Source: Candidatus Levyibacteriota bacterium
GTDB taxonomy: Bacteria; Patescibacteriota; Microgenomatia; Levybacterales; UBA12049
Reading direction: 5' to 3'
DNA length: 56,821 nucleotides
NCBI GenBank assembly: GCA_009695045.1
Contig: SIBS01000002.1
Span: 92,774-149,594, forward strand
In this document: piece after piece, positions 8,786 through 18,890 of the stretch
Layout: each line of letters opens with the position of its first letter
How positions within the stretch are numbered: the first letter of the stretch is position 1
Made by a program: the position numbers and the translations under genes
The notes under the pieces: model-generated
Database searches by the model: none
Seen by the model: the letters and a program-made list of their open reading frames with translations, nothing else
What the model was told of the DNA's origin: nothing

Positions 8786-9172
8786 TTAATATTTTTTATC
8801 TTCAAGATATTGTTTTATTTGTCCAATAAAATGATTTTTCCATCCATCTTCTATTTCTCTCACATCATTATCTGGTATATGATCATGAATAATATCAATT
8901 TGAGTCTCATTATTATCAAAACTTAAATAAAAAGATACATGTGATGGATTCTTCCATGAATGATAAAACCATTCCTGAGAAAGTAGCTTCTGTGAAATAA
9001 CATTTGTAATTTTTCCATGTATATCTCCACCCCATAATGAAAAATTTTCACCTAGAATAGGGCTGATTAATGCAGGGCCACCTCCCCAAGATTCAATTGT
9101 ATCTTTATTTATTAAAGCATCCCATACCACACTTAAATGAGCTTTAATTCTATATCTTTGTTTTATTGTCAT
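8786..9172 (-). CDS. SRPBCC / AHSA1 (activator of Hsp90 ATPase homolog 1-like) domain protein
   Basis: 128 aa. The pattern ...VWDALINKDTIESW.......G..F.LWGG.I.GKI......KLLSQEW is typical of the AHSA1/START-like family. Confidence 0.6.
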   Translation of the reverse strand: MTIKQRYRIKAHLSVVWDALINKDTIESWGGGPALISPILGENFSLWGGDIHGKITNVISQKLLSQEWFYHSWKNPSHVSFYLSFDNNETQIDIIHDHIPDNDVREIEDGWKNHFIGQIKQYLEDKKY

Positions 9173-9265
9173 AGCTTAAGGATAATATAAAAAAAAGTAT
9201 TATGTCAATATAATTTTTATTAGTATTCTATGTATAGTAGATTTTAATATATTAAATATAATAGA

Positions 9266-10900
9266 TTAATATTCTTCGAGAGTTGATGTATCTCCAATTG
9301 GTTGTCCAAGCTCTTTTGCTTTTAAAATACGTCTCATAATTTTTCCACTTCTAGTTTTTGGCAACTTATCAATAAATTCAATTTCTCGTGGGTAAGCGTG
9401 TCCAGCAAGCTGTTTTTTTACATGTTGCTGCAATTCTTCTTTTAACACATCGTTTCCTTCTATCCCAGGCTTTAATACAACAAATGCTTTAATAATCTCT
9501 CCCCTTAATTCATCAGGCTTACCGATAACACCAGCCTCTACAACGCTATCATGCTCTACTAATGCGCTTTCTACTTCAAAGGGACCTATCCGCTCTCCTG
9601 AAGTTTTAATTACATCATCTGCTCGACCAATGAACCAGAAGTATCCATCTTTATCTTTTTTTGCCCTATCTCCAGAAATATACCAACCATCTTTAAAATA
9701 ACTATCATATTTTTCTTGATTATTCCAAACGGTTCGCATCATAGATGGCCAAGGATATTTAAGTGCTAAATTTCCCTCTTTTCCATCTGCAACAATATTA
9801 TAATCATCATCTATAATTGACGCCTGAACCCATGGAAATGGCATACCCATTGATCCTGGTTTTACTGCAATTTGCGGAGTATTCGTAATTTGTATTGAGC
9901 CAGTTTCAGTTTGCCACCATCCATCATGAAATGGTTTGCCAAAAACTTTTTCACTCCATATAACTGCTTCTGGATTCAATGGCTCACCAACACTTGCGAG
10001 ATAGCGAAGTGAAGTAAGATCAAATTTTTTAACCAAATCATCACCTTTTGCCATTAACATGCGAATCGCTGTGGGAGCAGAATACCAAACCGTAATTTTA
10101 TGTTTTTCTAAAAATTTATACCAAATTTCAGGATCAAACCTACCACCATAAATATATGTTGTTATACCAAGTGACCAATTACTTAATATACTATAAACAA
10201 TACCAGTAACCCATCCAGGATCGGCTGTACACCAGTATTTATCTTCTGATTTTAAATCAAGAGCAACTTTTGCACTTTGATGCTGCTGTAGGATGCCATA
10301 ATGACTATGAACAATGCCTTTTGGCTTACCAGTTGTTCCAGATGTATAAAGCATAAATGCATAGTCTTCTGGTTCTGTATGCACTACTTCAAATTGGTCA
10401 CTTTCATTTTCTAACTCTTTTTTGAAATCAACACTATCTACAATAATAATTTTTTCTAATTTTGGTAATTCATTTTTTACTGCTTCTATTCGTTCGGATA
10501 ATTCCTTAGTGGTAATTACAACTTTTGCCTCTGAATTCTCAAGTCTATCCTTAAGCGCATCTTTACCAAATGCAGAAAACATAGTACCTGCGATTGCACC
10601 TGTTTTTAGAATACTTAAAAAACTTATATAAATTTCTGGTATGCGAGGAAGAAAAAGAAACACCCTATCACCTTTCATAACTCCTTTTCTTGTAAGATAA
10701 TTAGCAATTTTATTTGATATTTTTATTAAATCAGAAAATGTAAAAATTTGTATATCTCCTGACTCAGATTCATATATTAAAGCAGATTTTTGTTCGATAG
10801 GGGTATTTTTATATTTATCTAATGCATTATGAGCAGCATTTAGTGATCCATCTTCAAACCATGCAACATCATTTTTTATACTTTGCCAAAACTCATCCAT
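9266..10900 (-). CDS. AMP-forming acyl/acetyl-CoA synthetase
   Basis: AMP-binding motif YTSGTTGKPKG, plus WWQTETG, GYFWFIGRADDVIKTSGERIGPFEVE and LPKTRSGKIMRR. At 544 aa it is shorter at the N-terminus than classical Acs. Confidence 0.88.
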   Translation of the reverse strand: MDEFWQSIKNDVAWFEDGSLNAAHNALDKYKNTPIEQKSALIYESESGDIQIFTFSDLIKISNKIANYLTRKGVMKGDRVFLFLPRIPEIYISFLSILKTGAIAGTMFSAFGKDALKDRLENSEAKVVITTKELSERIEAVKNELPKLEKIIIVDSVDFKKELENESDQFEVVHTEPEDYAFMLYTSGTTGKPKGIVHSHYGILQQHQSAKVALDLKSEDKYWCTADPGWVTGIVYSILSNWSLGITTYIYGGRFDPEIWYKFLEKHKITVWYSAPTAIRMLMAKGDDLVKKFDLTSLRYLASVGEPLNPEAVIWSEKVFGKPFHDGWWQTETGSIQITNTPQIAVKPGSMGMPFPWVQASIIDDDYNIVADGKEGNLALKYPWPSMMRTVWNNQEKYDSYFKDGWYISGDRAKKDKDGYFWFIGRADDVIKTSGERIGPFEVESALVEHDSVVEAGVIGKPDELRGEIIKAFVVLKPGIEGNDVLKEELQQHVKKQLAGHAYPREIEFIDKLPKTRSGKIMRRILKAKELGQPIGDTSTLEEY

Positions 10901-10906
10901 AAATAA

Positions 10907-10915
10907 ATAATATCA
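10907..10915 (-). promoter_or_regulatory. extended -10 TGATATTAT, 6 nt before the acyl-CoA synthetase ATG
   Basis: The minus strand reads TGATATTATttatttATG. Confidence 0.4.
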
Positions 10916-10957
10916 GAAATTTTATAAAATTAGCAAATTCTTATTTTAAATTATTAA

Positions 10958-11587
10958 TTATGAAATATTTTTATTTACTGCACGAATTTCTTTATTAATT
11001 AGCTTACCATTAATATCTATATTGTATATATATACTTCTCCTGTTCCTATTTCAAAATCTACAATATCATCATCAGAAATATTTTCAAGAAATTTTACTA
11101 ATGCACGTAAAGCATTTCCAGAAGAAGAAATGATTACATTTTTATTATTTTTAATAATCGGAATAATAGTCGATTTAAAATAGGGGATAATACGATCATA
11201 TACTTGTTTTAATGATTCCCCATTTGGAATTGGATAGTTCCAACTACGGCGAAGCTTGAGAAATTCATCGTCACCGATTATTTTTTTTATATCCCATTTA
11301 TTCTTAGCCGTAAAATCACCATAATTTCTTTCATTGAGCTCCCTAGCTGATACTGTAGGAATATCTTGTATATTTATTATTTTCTTTATTTCATCTAATG
11401 TTTCTTTTGCTCGTTTTAAAGATGAAGAGAATGCATAATCTAGATGAATATCTTTAATAGATTCACCTGCTCTCATAGCCTCTTCAACGCCCTTTTTAGT
11501 AAGTGATGGAGCATCATCCCAACCGCTCCATAAACCATTTTCATTATATGTTGTAATACCATGACGAACAAGTATAAGGTAGGCCAT
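10958..11587 (-). CDS. gpmA: 2,3-bisphosphoglycerate-dependent phosphoglycerate mutase
   Basis: LILVRHGITTYNENGLWSGWDDAPSLTKKG (RHG catalytic His motif). I prefer the start at M10 (MAYLILVRHG, 11587), which removes the 26-nt overlap with eno. Confidence 0.88.
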   Translation of the reverse strand: MAYLILVRHGITTYNENGLWSGWDDAPSLTKKGVEEAMRAGESIKDIHLDYAFSSSLKRAKETLDEIKKIINIQDIPTVSARELNERNYGDFTAKNKWDIKKIIGDDEFLKLRRSWNYPIPNGESLKQVYDRIIPYFKSTIIPIIKNNKNVIISSSGNALRALVKFLENISDDDIVDFEIGTGEVYIYNIDINGKLINKEIRAVNKNIS

Positions 11588-11588
11588 A

Positions 11589-12881
11589 TTATTTGGTAGA
11601 TTGAGAAAGTCCAATAATTTGCTTTTCTATTTCAAGCAATCTATTGTATTTTGCTACACGCTCACCCCTAACTGGAGCTCCAAATTTTACATAATCAGAT
11701 TGTATAGCAACAGCAAAATCTGCCATGAAATCATCATTTGTTTCGCCACTTCTATGAGAAACGATTGTCTTTAACCCTGCATTTTTAGCAATTTCAACAA
11801 CTACTAATGATTCCATTATTGTACCTATTTGATTAGGTTTAATAATAATTCCCGTAATAGCTTTTTTTATGATTGCAGTTTGCAATCTATAAGGATTAGT
11901 TGCTGTTAAATCATCTCCCACTATGATAGTTTCATTTCCAATTAACCCATTAAGCTTAGTCCATCCATCCCAATCGTCTTCTGATAAAGCATCCTCGAGA
12001 TACATTAGATGAAATTTTTTATTAACTCCAACATAATAATCTATTATTTCGTCGACCCCATATGGAATTTGTCTATCTCTTAAGACATACTGTTTTTGTA
12101 AAAGAAAACTATTCGAAGCCGCATCTAAGCCAAGAAAAACATCATAACCAACGCGATAGCTTGTTTGACCTACGGCATCAACTATTACCGATAAGGCATC
12201 CATATTAGTAAAAAATATAGGTCCGAATCCTCCCTCATCCCCAACAAGAGTGGTCATTCCTTGCTCCTTAAGCTTTATGGATAATGCTCTATATATATCT
12301 ATTCCCATTTTTAATGCATAGCTATATTGTTTAGATCCTGCAGGAATTATTATAAATTCTTGAAAATCTAAATTCATACCAGCATGTTTACCGCCATTAA
12401 TAATATTAAATATAGGGGTAGGAATTTTAAGAGATGACTTATCAACTGATTGAGATTCTCCTATATTAATAAATTGTCTAAGATATTCAAATAGAGGTAT
12501 TTTTTGACTATTAGCTGCTGCACGACTAACCGCCATTGAAACAGATAGCATTGAATTAGCACCCAACATGCTCTTATTTTCCGTACCATCATATTCAATC
12601 ATCGACTTATCAATATCAGGTTGATCATTTGCCTCTTTGCCAATAAGTTTGGGGCTAATAAGTTTTTCTACATTTTCTACTGCTTTTAAAATACCTAATC
12701 CATCAAATCTCTTTAGATCATGATCTCTAATTTCTATAGCTTCATATGCTCCAACTGATGATCCACTAGGACAAGATGCTGATGCGATAGTATCATCATC
12801 AAGAAAAACTGTTGTTTCTATTGTTGGATTTCCTCTAGAATCAAATATTTCTCTTGCGGTTATATTTTTTATTTTAGCCAT
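11589..12881 (-). CDS. eno: Enolase
   Basis: REIFDSRGNPTIET, SGSSVGAYEAIE, the IKPNQIGT motif and SHRSGETND. Confidence 0.96.
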   Translation of the reverse strand: MAKIKNITAREIFDSRGNPTIETTVFLDDDTIASASCPSGSSVGAYEAIEIRDHDLKRFDGLGILKAVENVEKLISPKLIGKEANDQPDIDKSMIEYDGTENKSMLGANSMLSVSMAVSRAAANSQKIPLFEYLRQFINIGESQSVDKSSLKIPTPIFNIINGGKHAGMNLDFQEFIIIPAGSKQYSYALKMGIDIYRALSIKLKEQGMTTLVGDEGGFGPIFFTNMDALSVIVDAVGQTSYRVGYDVFLGLDAASNSFLLQKQYVLRDRQIPYGVDEIIDYYVGVNKKFHLMYLEDALSEDDWDGWTKLNGLIGNETIIVGDDLTATNPYRLQTAIIKKAITGIIIKPNQIGTIMESLVVVEIAKNAGLKTIVSHRSGETNDDFMADFAVAIQSDYVKFGAPVRGERVAKYNRLLEIEKQIIGLSQSTK

Positions 12882-12898
12882 AGATTTATTTTACTATG

Positions 12899-15169
12899 TT
12901 ATCTTAACATTTTTCTTTCAATTTCCATAATAGTTCTTCTAGTATTTTCAATCGCATCCGGTGACACGGATACGCTAGTTATTCCCCATGATACAAGTTT
13001 TTCTAAAAGATGAGGGTAAGAAGAAGCAGCTTGACCACAAATAGATGATGTTATGCGATGCTTATGGGCAATCTTAATTACATGTTCTAATGCCCAAAGA
13101 ACTGCTTCATTTTGTTCATCAAATTCTCTAGCAACTTCACTATTATCTCGATCTGTGCCAAGTAATAGCATTGTTAAATCATTAGAGCCAATAGATACAC
13201 CATCAATCCCAGCATATATAAACTTATCTAGCAATATAACATTTGATGGAATTTCTACCATCATCCATAATTTAAATGATTCAGATCGATATAAACCAGC
13301 ACTTGAAATAATTTTTTTAGCAGTAACTAGTTCTCTCACAGTTCTTACGAAAGGAAGCATTATCCAAAGATTTTTATGAGTTTCACGTACTTTTTTAACT
13401 GCTTCAAGCTCTAATTCAAAAACCTCTGGATCACTTATGTATCGAAATGTACCCCTAAAACCAAGCATTGGATTTGGTTCAATTGCTTCATAATCTTTTC
13501 CTCCAACAAGATTACGATATTCATTTGTTTTAAAATCAGATGTCCTATACACAACTGGACGAGGATAAAATGCTTGACAAAAAGACTGTAATCCCTCAGC
13601 AAGCTTATTAATATACATTTGCTTTTTATGATCATGTATAAGTTTTTTTGGATGAATACCAATTTGTGCCATCATAAATTCAGCACGAAGAAGACCAATA
13701 CCATCAACATTTTTAATTGAAATATTTTGAGCAAGTTCTGGCTCAGCCAAGTTTACATATACTTTTGTAGCAGTTTTTATATAAGAACGTGATTCGATAA
13801 GTTTTGGTATTGCTACAGTTGATGAAAGCAGCCCTCCTTTAAAAACTAGCCCTTTTGAACCATTAACCGTAATTATATTGCCAGTTTTAATAAGTTTTGT
13901 TGCCTTCTGAGACCCTACAACTGCAGGAATTCCTAATTCCCTAGATACAATAGCAGCATGAGAAGTTCTACCCCCGCTATCAGTAACTATAGCAACTGCT
14001 TTTTTCATAGCAGGAACGAAGTCTGGATTCGTTTGTGGAGCAACTAATATCTCTCCAGATAAAACGGTGCCTATCTCTCTTGCGCTATTTATAACTCTAG
14101 CTGGTCCAGTTGCAATTCCTGGACTTGCAGGGTCACCAGAAATTATTAACTTAAGATTAGATGTTTTTGATTGATTTTCTTTATCCTGCTTAGCGGTTTC
14201 AGATTTTTTACCAACCGTAGTAATTGGACGAGTTTGAACAATGTAAATTTTATTTTTTTCTATCGCCCATTCACTATCTTGAGGAAAATAATAATGTTTT
14301 TCTAATTTTTTACCAATACTTGCTAATGCAATTATTTGAGATGAAGTTAATTTTTGTTTTAGTCCAATGCTTTTTGGTAATTTAATTATCTTATTTAATT
14401 TACCTACTTTTTTCATCATAAATGTTTGAGCATTTACATCTTTATTTATAATTTTTTCTTCTTTTTTTGATACTTCATAATGATCAGGATTTACTTGACC
14501 CTGTACGATCATTTCTCCGAGACCAAAAATTGCTTCAATAACTATTTTTGATTTATCATTAGTAACAGGGTCTATCGTAAACATTATTCCTGATTTTTCA
14601 GATTCAACCATTTTCTGTACAACGATTGCAATCCCAATTCTAAAATGATCAAAATTTTGTTGATGACGATAAAAAATTGCCCTAGCATTAAAAAGAGATG
14701 CCCATGCATCCTTTATGGCGATTAAAAGATTTGCTTCACCTTTTACATTGAGATATGTTTCCTGTTGTCCCGCAAATGAGGCCCCTGGTAAATCTTCTGC
14801 TGTTGCCGATGATCGAACCGCAACTAATCCATCTTTAAAAATACCACCCAGTCTTTTATATGCTGAATATACTTCTTTTGCAAGCGTCTCATTTAGATCT
14901 GAATCTATTATAAGTTTTTTAATATGATTAGATATTTGAGAGAGTGAATCTGAATTATCAAAATTTGTTGTTTGAAGTAAGTGCTTAATCTTGATATTGA
15001 GATTATTCTCTTTTAGAAATTGATAATAAGCGCTTGATGTAACTATAAAACCATCAGGAACTGGAAAATTAAATTTTACCATTTCTCCAAGATTAGCTCC
15101 TTTTCCGCCAACAAGAGCTATGTCATTCTTATCAACATCTTTAAACCACATAACTTGAGCAGTAGTCAT
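12899..15169 (-). CDS. ppsA: Phosphoenolpyruvate synthase (pyruvate, water dikinase)
   Basis: 756 aa with VGGKGANLGEM, phosphohistidine motif GGRTSHAAIVSRELGIPAVVG and a C-terminal PEP-utilising TIM barrel. TATAAT at 15176-15181 lies 6 nt before the ATG. Confidence 0.92.
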   Translation of the reverse strand: MTTAQVMWFKDVDKNDIALVGGKGANLGEMVKFNFPVPDGFIVTSSAYYQFLKENNLNIKIKHLLQTTNFDNSDSLSQISNHIKKLIIDSDLNETLAKEVYSAYKRLGGIFKDGLVAVRSSATAEDLPGASFAGQQETYLNVKGEANLLIAIKDAWASLFNARAIFYRHQQNFDHFRIGIAIVVQKMVESEKSGIMFTIDPVTNDKSKIVIEAIFGLGEMIVQGQVNPDHYEVSKKEEKIINKDVNAQTFMMKKVGKLNKIIKLPKSIGLKQKLTSSQIIALASIGKKLEKHYYFPQDSEWAIEKNKIYIVQTRPITTVGKKSETAKQDKENQSKTSNLKLIISGDPASPGIATGPARVINSAREIGTVLSGEILVAPQTNPDFVPAMKKAVAIVTDSGGRTSHAAIVSRELGIPAVVGSQKATKLIKTGNIITVNGSKGLVFKGGLLSSTVAIPKLIESRSYIKTATKVYVNLAEPELAQNISIKNVDGIGLLRAEFMMAQIGIHPKKLIHDHKKQMYINKLAEGLQSFCQAFYPRPVVYRTSDFKTNEYRNLVGGKDYEAIEPNPMLGFRGTFRYISDPEVFELELEAVKKVRETHKNLWIMLPFVRTVRELVTAKKIISSAGLYRSESFKLWMMVEIPSNVILLDKFIYAGIDGVSIGSNDLTMLLLGTDRDNSEVAREFDEQNEAVLWALEHVIKIAHKHRITSSICGQAASSYPHLLEKLVSWGITSVSVSPDAIENTRRTIMEIERKMLR

Positions 15170-15221
15170 AATTTTATTATAGATGGGAACTTAAACGATT
15201 AGCAAGCAAGGAATTATACTC

Positions 15222-16262
15222 TTATTTAAGCTTTTCCTTAAAATAATCGACCCAAGGATTTACAGATGGATTTTGATCATAAATAAGACCTAAATATAAA
15301 GTGAGATAGCTACCATAAATCATTGTTTCAATAAAATCATCATATATGGTTTTGCCATCTAATTTAAATTCTGTTATTAATTGATTATTGTTTTTAACAA
15401 CGTCTATGGTAAGATTCATTCTAAGCTTTATTTTTTCAGTATATTGATTTGAATTAAGAAGTATAAATTGAAGTATTGAGGGTTGAGGAAATTGTAGCCC
15501 CTCCATAAGATGATGATTTAAATCTGGCACAAGATAATATGAAGAAAAAGTTTTACTGGTTTCATTAAACTGATTTCTCATAATTTGTGCATTTCCAGAT
15601 AGATGTTCAGCTCCAAAAATGATGGGAATTTTACCAATGTAAATCTTTGCATCACTCATTGCTTTTTCTTTTATATTTTCCTCTTTATTTTTTACATATA
15701 AAAATGCATCGATAATCTCTTTTTCATTTATATTGATTAAATTTGATTTTCGTAATAATCCCAGTAATCCTAATATTGTGTATCCATTACCAAGTCTTGG
15801 AATATTGGCAATATTTAATTTGCCATCAAAAATATAAGATGGTATATTATTCTTTTTTGCAATATCCCCAAGTGGACCCCCCTTTGTAAGTATTAACATT
15901 TTTGATTTCTTCTGCAGAGCATCTACTGCGCAAGAAATTACCTCTTCTGTTGTACCCGAATAGCTAGTTAAAACAACTAAAGAATTTTCATTTACATAAG
16001 CAGGAAGATGATAATCAGATATTATCTCTATTGGGAACTTTGTATTTGATCCTAAGAGAGATTTAAATACCAATGCACCATAAATAGAGGCACCCATACC
16101 GCAAAACACAATATTTGAAACTGAAGAAAAATCTTGAGGCATTAAAATTTCATTTACCTCTTTCCATGCAGATTGACATTGCATTATTAATTGATTAGTA
16201 GAGCCGAGCGTGTTTTGAGGATCAATTTTTTTTATTGCCTCTAAATCATTAAGATTTTTCAT
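15222..16262 (-). CDS. Bifunctional phosphoglucose/phosphomannose isomerase (SIS domain)
   Basis: SIS motif FCGMGASIYGA...VVLTSYSGTTEE and a C-terminal PGI/PMI-type domain. 346 aa. Confidence 0.75.
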   Translation of the reverse strand: MKNLNDLEAIKKIDPQNTLGSTNQLIMQCQSAWKEVNEILMPQDFSSVSNIVFCGMGASIYGALVFKSLLGSNTKFPIEIISDYHLPAYVNENSLVVLTSYSGTTEEVISCAVDALQKKSKMLILTKGGPLGDIAKKNNIPSYIFDGKLNIANIPRLGNGYTILGLLGLLRKSNLININEKEIIDAFLYVKNKEENIKEKAMSDAKIYIGKIPIIFGAEHLSGNAQIMRNQFNETSKTFSSYYLVPDLNHHLMEGLQFPQPSILQFILLNSNQYTEKIKLRMNLTIDVVKNNNQLITEFKLDGKTIYDDFIETMIYGSYLTLYLGLIYDQNPSVNPWVDYFKEKLK

Positions 16263-16700
16263 TTATATTTCACCTCGTTCTTTTTTTCTTATATCAGGTG
16301 TCTCATTTATCCTTTTATAATCATCATCTAGTCTATAAGTTGTGCCAGTTTCAGGTGATGATACCTCAATAATATCACAATCTGAAATTGCCTGATGCCT
16401 ATGTCGTTGTCCAATTTTGGTGGTATAGCCTTTACCTTTTTCCATTTCTATAGTTTCGAGTTCTCCATGAGAATTTTCAAGAACGAGATTACACTCACCA
16501 TTTAATAACCAATAACTTTCTTGTTTTTGATCATGAAGCTGAAGACTCAAACGTTTACCTGCATCGATATGAAGAATCTTACCCATATATGGCATTTTTT
16601 CTTCAACCCAATGAATTTCATATCCCCATGGTTTAATAATTTTTTTTGCATATGACTTATTGGTGTAATTACTTTTGTCGAATTTATCAAAATCAATCAT
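16263..16700 (-). CDS. Cupin domain protein, type II mannose-6-phosphate isomerase-like
   Basis: KPWGYEIHW....YMGKILHIDAGKRLSLQLHDQKQESYWLLNGE......G......G......HRH is the cupin_2/ManC C-terminal pattern. Its stop abuts the start of the next gene. Confidence 0.7.
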   Translation of the reverse strand: MIDFDKFDKSNYTNKSYAKKIIKPWGYEIHWVEEKMPYMGKILHIDAGKRLSLQLHDQKQESYWLLNGECNLVLENSHGELETIEMEKGKGYTTKIGQRHRHQAISDCDIIEVSSPETGTTYRLDDDYKRINETPDIRKKERGEI

Positions 16701-16713
16701 ATTATTTATAATT

Positions 16714-18126
16714 TTAACTATTAGACTTTATAATTTTATATTTTTCGGCGATGTTTTCAATAAATCCTGTTAATTCATTTTTTTTCTCACTGGTTATATT
16801 TTTATTTTCAGACTCAACATTAAGACGGAGAAGGGGTTCGGTATTTGAAGTTCGCACAGAAAATCTCCATTCCGGATATGTAATCGCAATTCCATCAAGA
16901 TTAGATATCTCCCCATCTTTATATTTTTCTGAAAGAGCAAGAATAATTTCAGAAGCATTATTTACCTTAAAGTTAAATTCTCCTGACTCAAAACTACGAC
17001 TAAGTGATGATATAATTTCTGAAAGCTTCTTACCAGTCTCGCTCATTATCTTAAGCACAATAAGTATTATGGGAAGTTGTGCTTCCGCATTTCCCGTAGC
17101 CTTAAAAAAATAATGTGCAGATGATTCTCCCGCAAAAATACCTCCAACCTCATGCATTTTTTCTGTTATAAAAGCATGACCGACTTTAGTAACTACTGAC
17201 TTTCCGCCAGATTCTTCTATAATTTTCTTTGGAGTTATAATATATCGAATATCATAAAGTATCTTTTGATTAGGATTTTTATTAAGTAGCTCTCGCGCAA
17301 CAAGTGCGGTAATATGGGAGGGTTGAACAATCTGCCCCTTTTCATCTATAAAAAATAATCTATCACCGTCTCCGTCAGGAGCAAGTCCGAAATCTGCTTT
17401 TTCCTCAATAACTTTCTTTTGTAAATCTATAAGGGTATCTAATTGAAGAGGGTCAGCTGGATGAACTGGGAAATTACCATCTAATTCAAAATTCATACGG
17501 ACAAGATTTCCTGGAATATTTCTAAAAAGTTCATCAATATATGTAGCACCCATTGCATTGGCAGCATCTGCAACAATTTTAAATGGGAGAATTATAGGAT
17601 TATTTGCAATAATAAATGCATTTTTCACCTCATCCTTCATAATGTTATTCTTCTGAGTTATTGTGCCAAATTTAATAGATGATGATGGATTTATTCCTTC
17701 AATAGTCATGCGCTTAATCTCATCCATACCAGTTGACTTGCCAATTTTTACTAATCCATTAGTAGTATTGCGAACTATTTTTATCCCGTTATATTCTTTT
17801 GGATTATGAGATGCAGTTATTTGAAATCCACCATCGTATCCATAATGAAATACTGTGAAGTAGAGCGTTGGAGTTGAAACAACTCCAGCGTCAATAATAG
17901 TAGCCCCAAGCTGTAAAAGTGTCTTTATAGCAATAGTAAATAAAGATGGTGATGATAAACGCATATCTCTTCCAACAACAATGGTAATACTTTCTGTTGT
18001 ATTTTTTTCTTTTTGTATTAAAACATAAATAGCTTTTATTATGGGGATAATGTTTTCTTCATTAATTTCTTGAGGATAAATTCCACGAATATCATAGCTT
18101 TTAAATATATTTTCAGGAATATTCAT
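16714..18126 (-). CDS. Phosphomannomutase/phosphoglucomutase
   Basis: FKSYDIRGIY, active-site ITASHNPKEYNGIK, metal loop APDGDGDRL and GESSAHYFF. Confidence 0.92.
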   Translation of the reverse strand: MNIPENIFKSYDIRGIYPQEINEENIIPIIKAIYVLIQKEKNTTESITIVVGRDMRLSSPSLFTIAIKTLLQLGATIIDAGVVSTPTLYFTVFHYGYDGGFQITASHNPKEYNGIKIVRNTTNGLVKIGKSTGMDEIKRMTIEGINPSSSIKFGTITQKNNIMKDEVKNAFIIANNPIILPFKIVADAANAMGATYIDELFRNIPGNLVRMNFELDGNFPVHPADPLQLDTLIDLQKKVIEEKADFGLAPDGDGDRLFFIDEKGQIVQPSHITALVARELLNKNPNQKILYDIRYIITPKKIIEESGGKSVVTKVGHAFITEKMHEVGGIFAGESSAHYFFKATGNAEAQLPIILIVLKIMSETGKKLSEIISSLSRSFESGEFNFKVNNASEIILALSEKYKDGEISNLDGIAITYPEWRFSVRTSNTEPLLRLNVESENKNITSEKKNELTGFIENIAEKYKIIKSNS

Positions 18127-18138
18127 ATAGGAATAAAT

Positions 18139-18828
18139 TTACAGCGAAAGCAAAAAAAAGTCAATAGATTGACTAAGTGAAAGTGAATTTGTTCCTATTT
18201 TAATATCTGAATCTATAATTGCTAATTTTCTATATACCTCTATTAGGTATTTTGGAGAAAAATATTGAGATTGTTTTCTAATTTTTATTTTTTGCCAAGG
18301 TTGAAGTCTTTTTAATTCATTTATTTGCTCAGGAATCTCATCTTTAATAGTCAAAAGTAATCGAAATCGACTAACAAGCATTGAGAAAATCAATTGCACC
18401 TCTTCGATTTGTAAAACTTTATGGAATAAATCTATATTTTTAATATTATTTGGTTTAATATTATCTAAAAATGTAAAAATAATACTTGGCAATAAAAATG
18501 AAACATTAATACTATCTACTGGTAATAAAGATAAATCTTTCTTAGTAATGCTTTTATCTTCCCACAAGTAAAATTGATACATTTGACTATTTTTTTTTAT
18601 AAAAATAATAATCTCTGTAAATTCATTTGATTTTTTCCCTAAAAAGAAATTTTCTATAAAAATTGATTTAGTCTCTGAAAATAACCCAGATCCATCTACG
18701 CATTGCATTAATAATGTTAATGTAATTTTTTTTCCTTCAAAAATAACTGGGTTATCTACTTTTTGTCTAATTAATAAGTAATAATTTCTTGATTTTGAAA
18801 AATCATCACCATGAATAATTGTAATCAT
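18139..18828 (-). CDS. holA: DNA polymerase III delta subunit-like (short form)
   Basis: N-terminal IIHGDD...LF..K.IFIEN and C-terminal ...YRKLAIIDSDIKIG resemble HolA landmarks. At 229 aa it is much shorter than the canonical protein, so the call is tentative. Confidence 0.5.
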   Translation of the reverse strand: MITIIHGDDFSKSRNYYLLIRQKVDNPVIFEGKKITLTLLMQCVDGSGLFSETKSIFIENFFLGKKSNEFTEIIIFIKKNSQMYQFYLWEDKSITKKDLSLLPVDSINVSFLLPSIIFTFLDNIKPNNIKNIDLFHKVLQIEEVQLIFSMLVSRFRLLLTIKDEIPEQINELKRLQPWQKIKIRKQSQYFSPKYLIEVYRKLAIIDSDIKIGTNSLSLSQSIDFFLLSL

Positions 18829-18890
18829 AATATTAATATTTACCTAATCAGATCTAAATATCTATAAATTCAGAAATTAATAGCATATTA

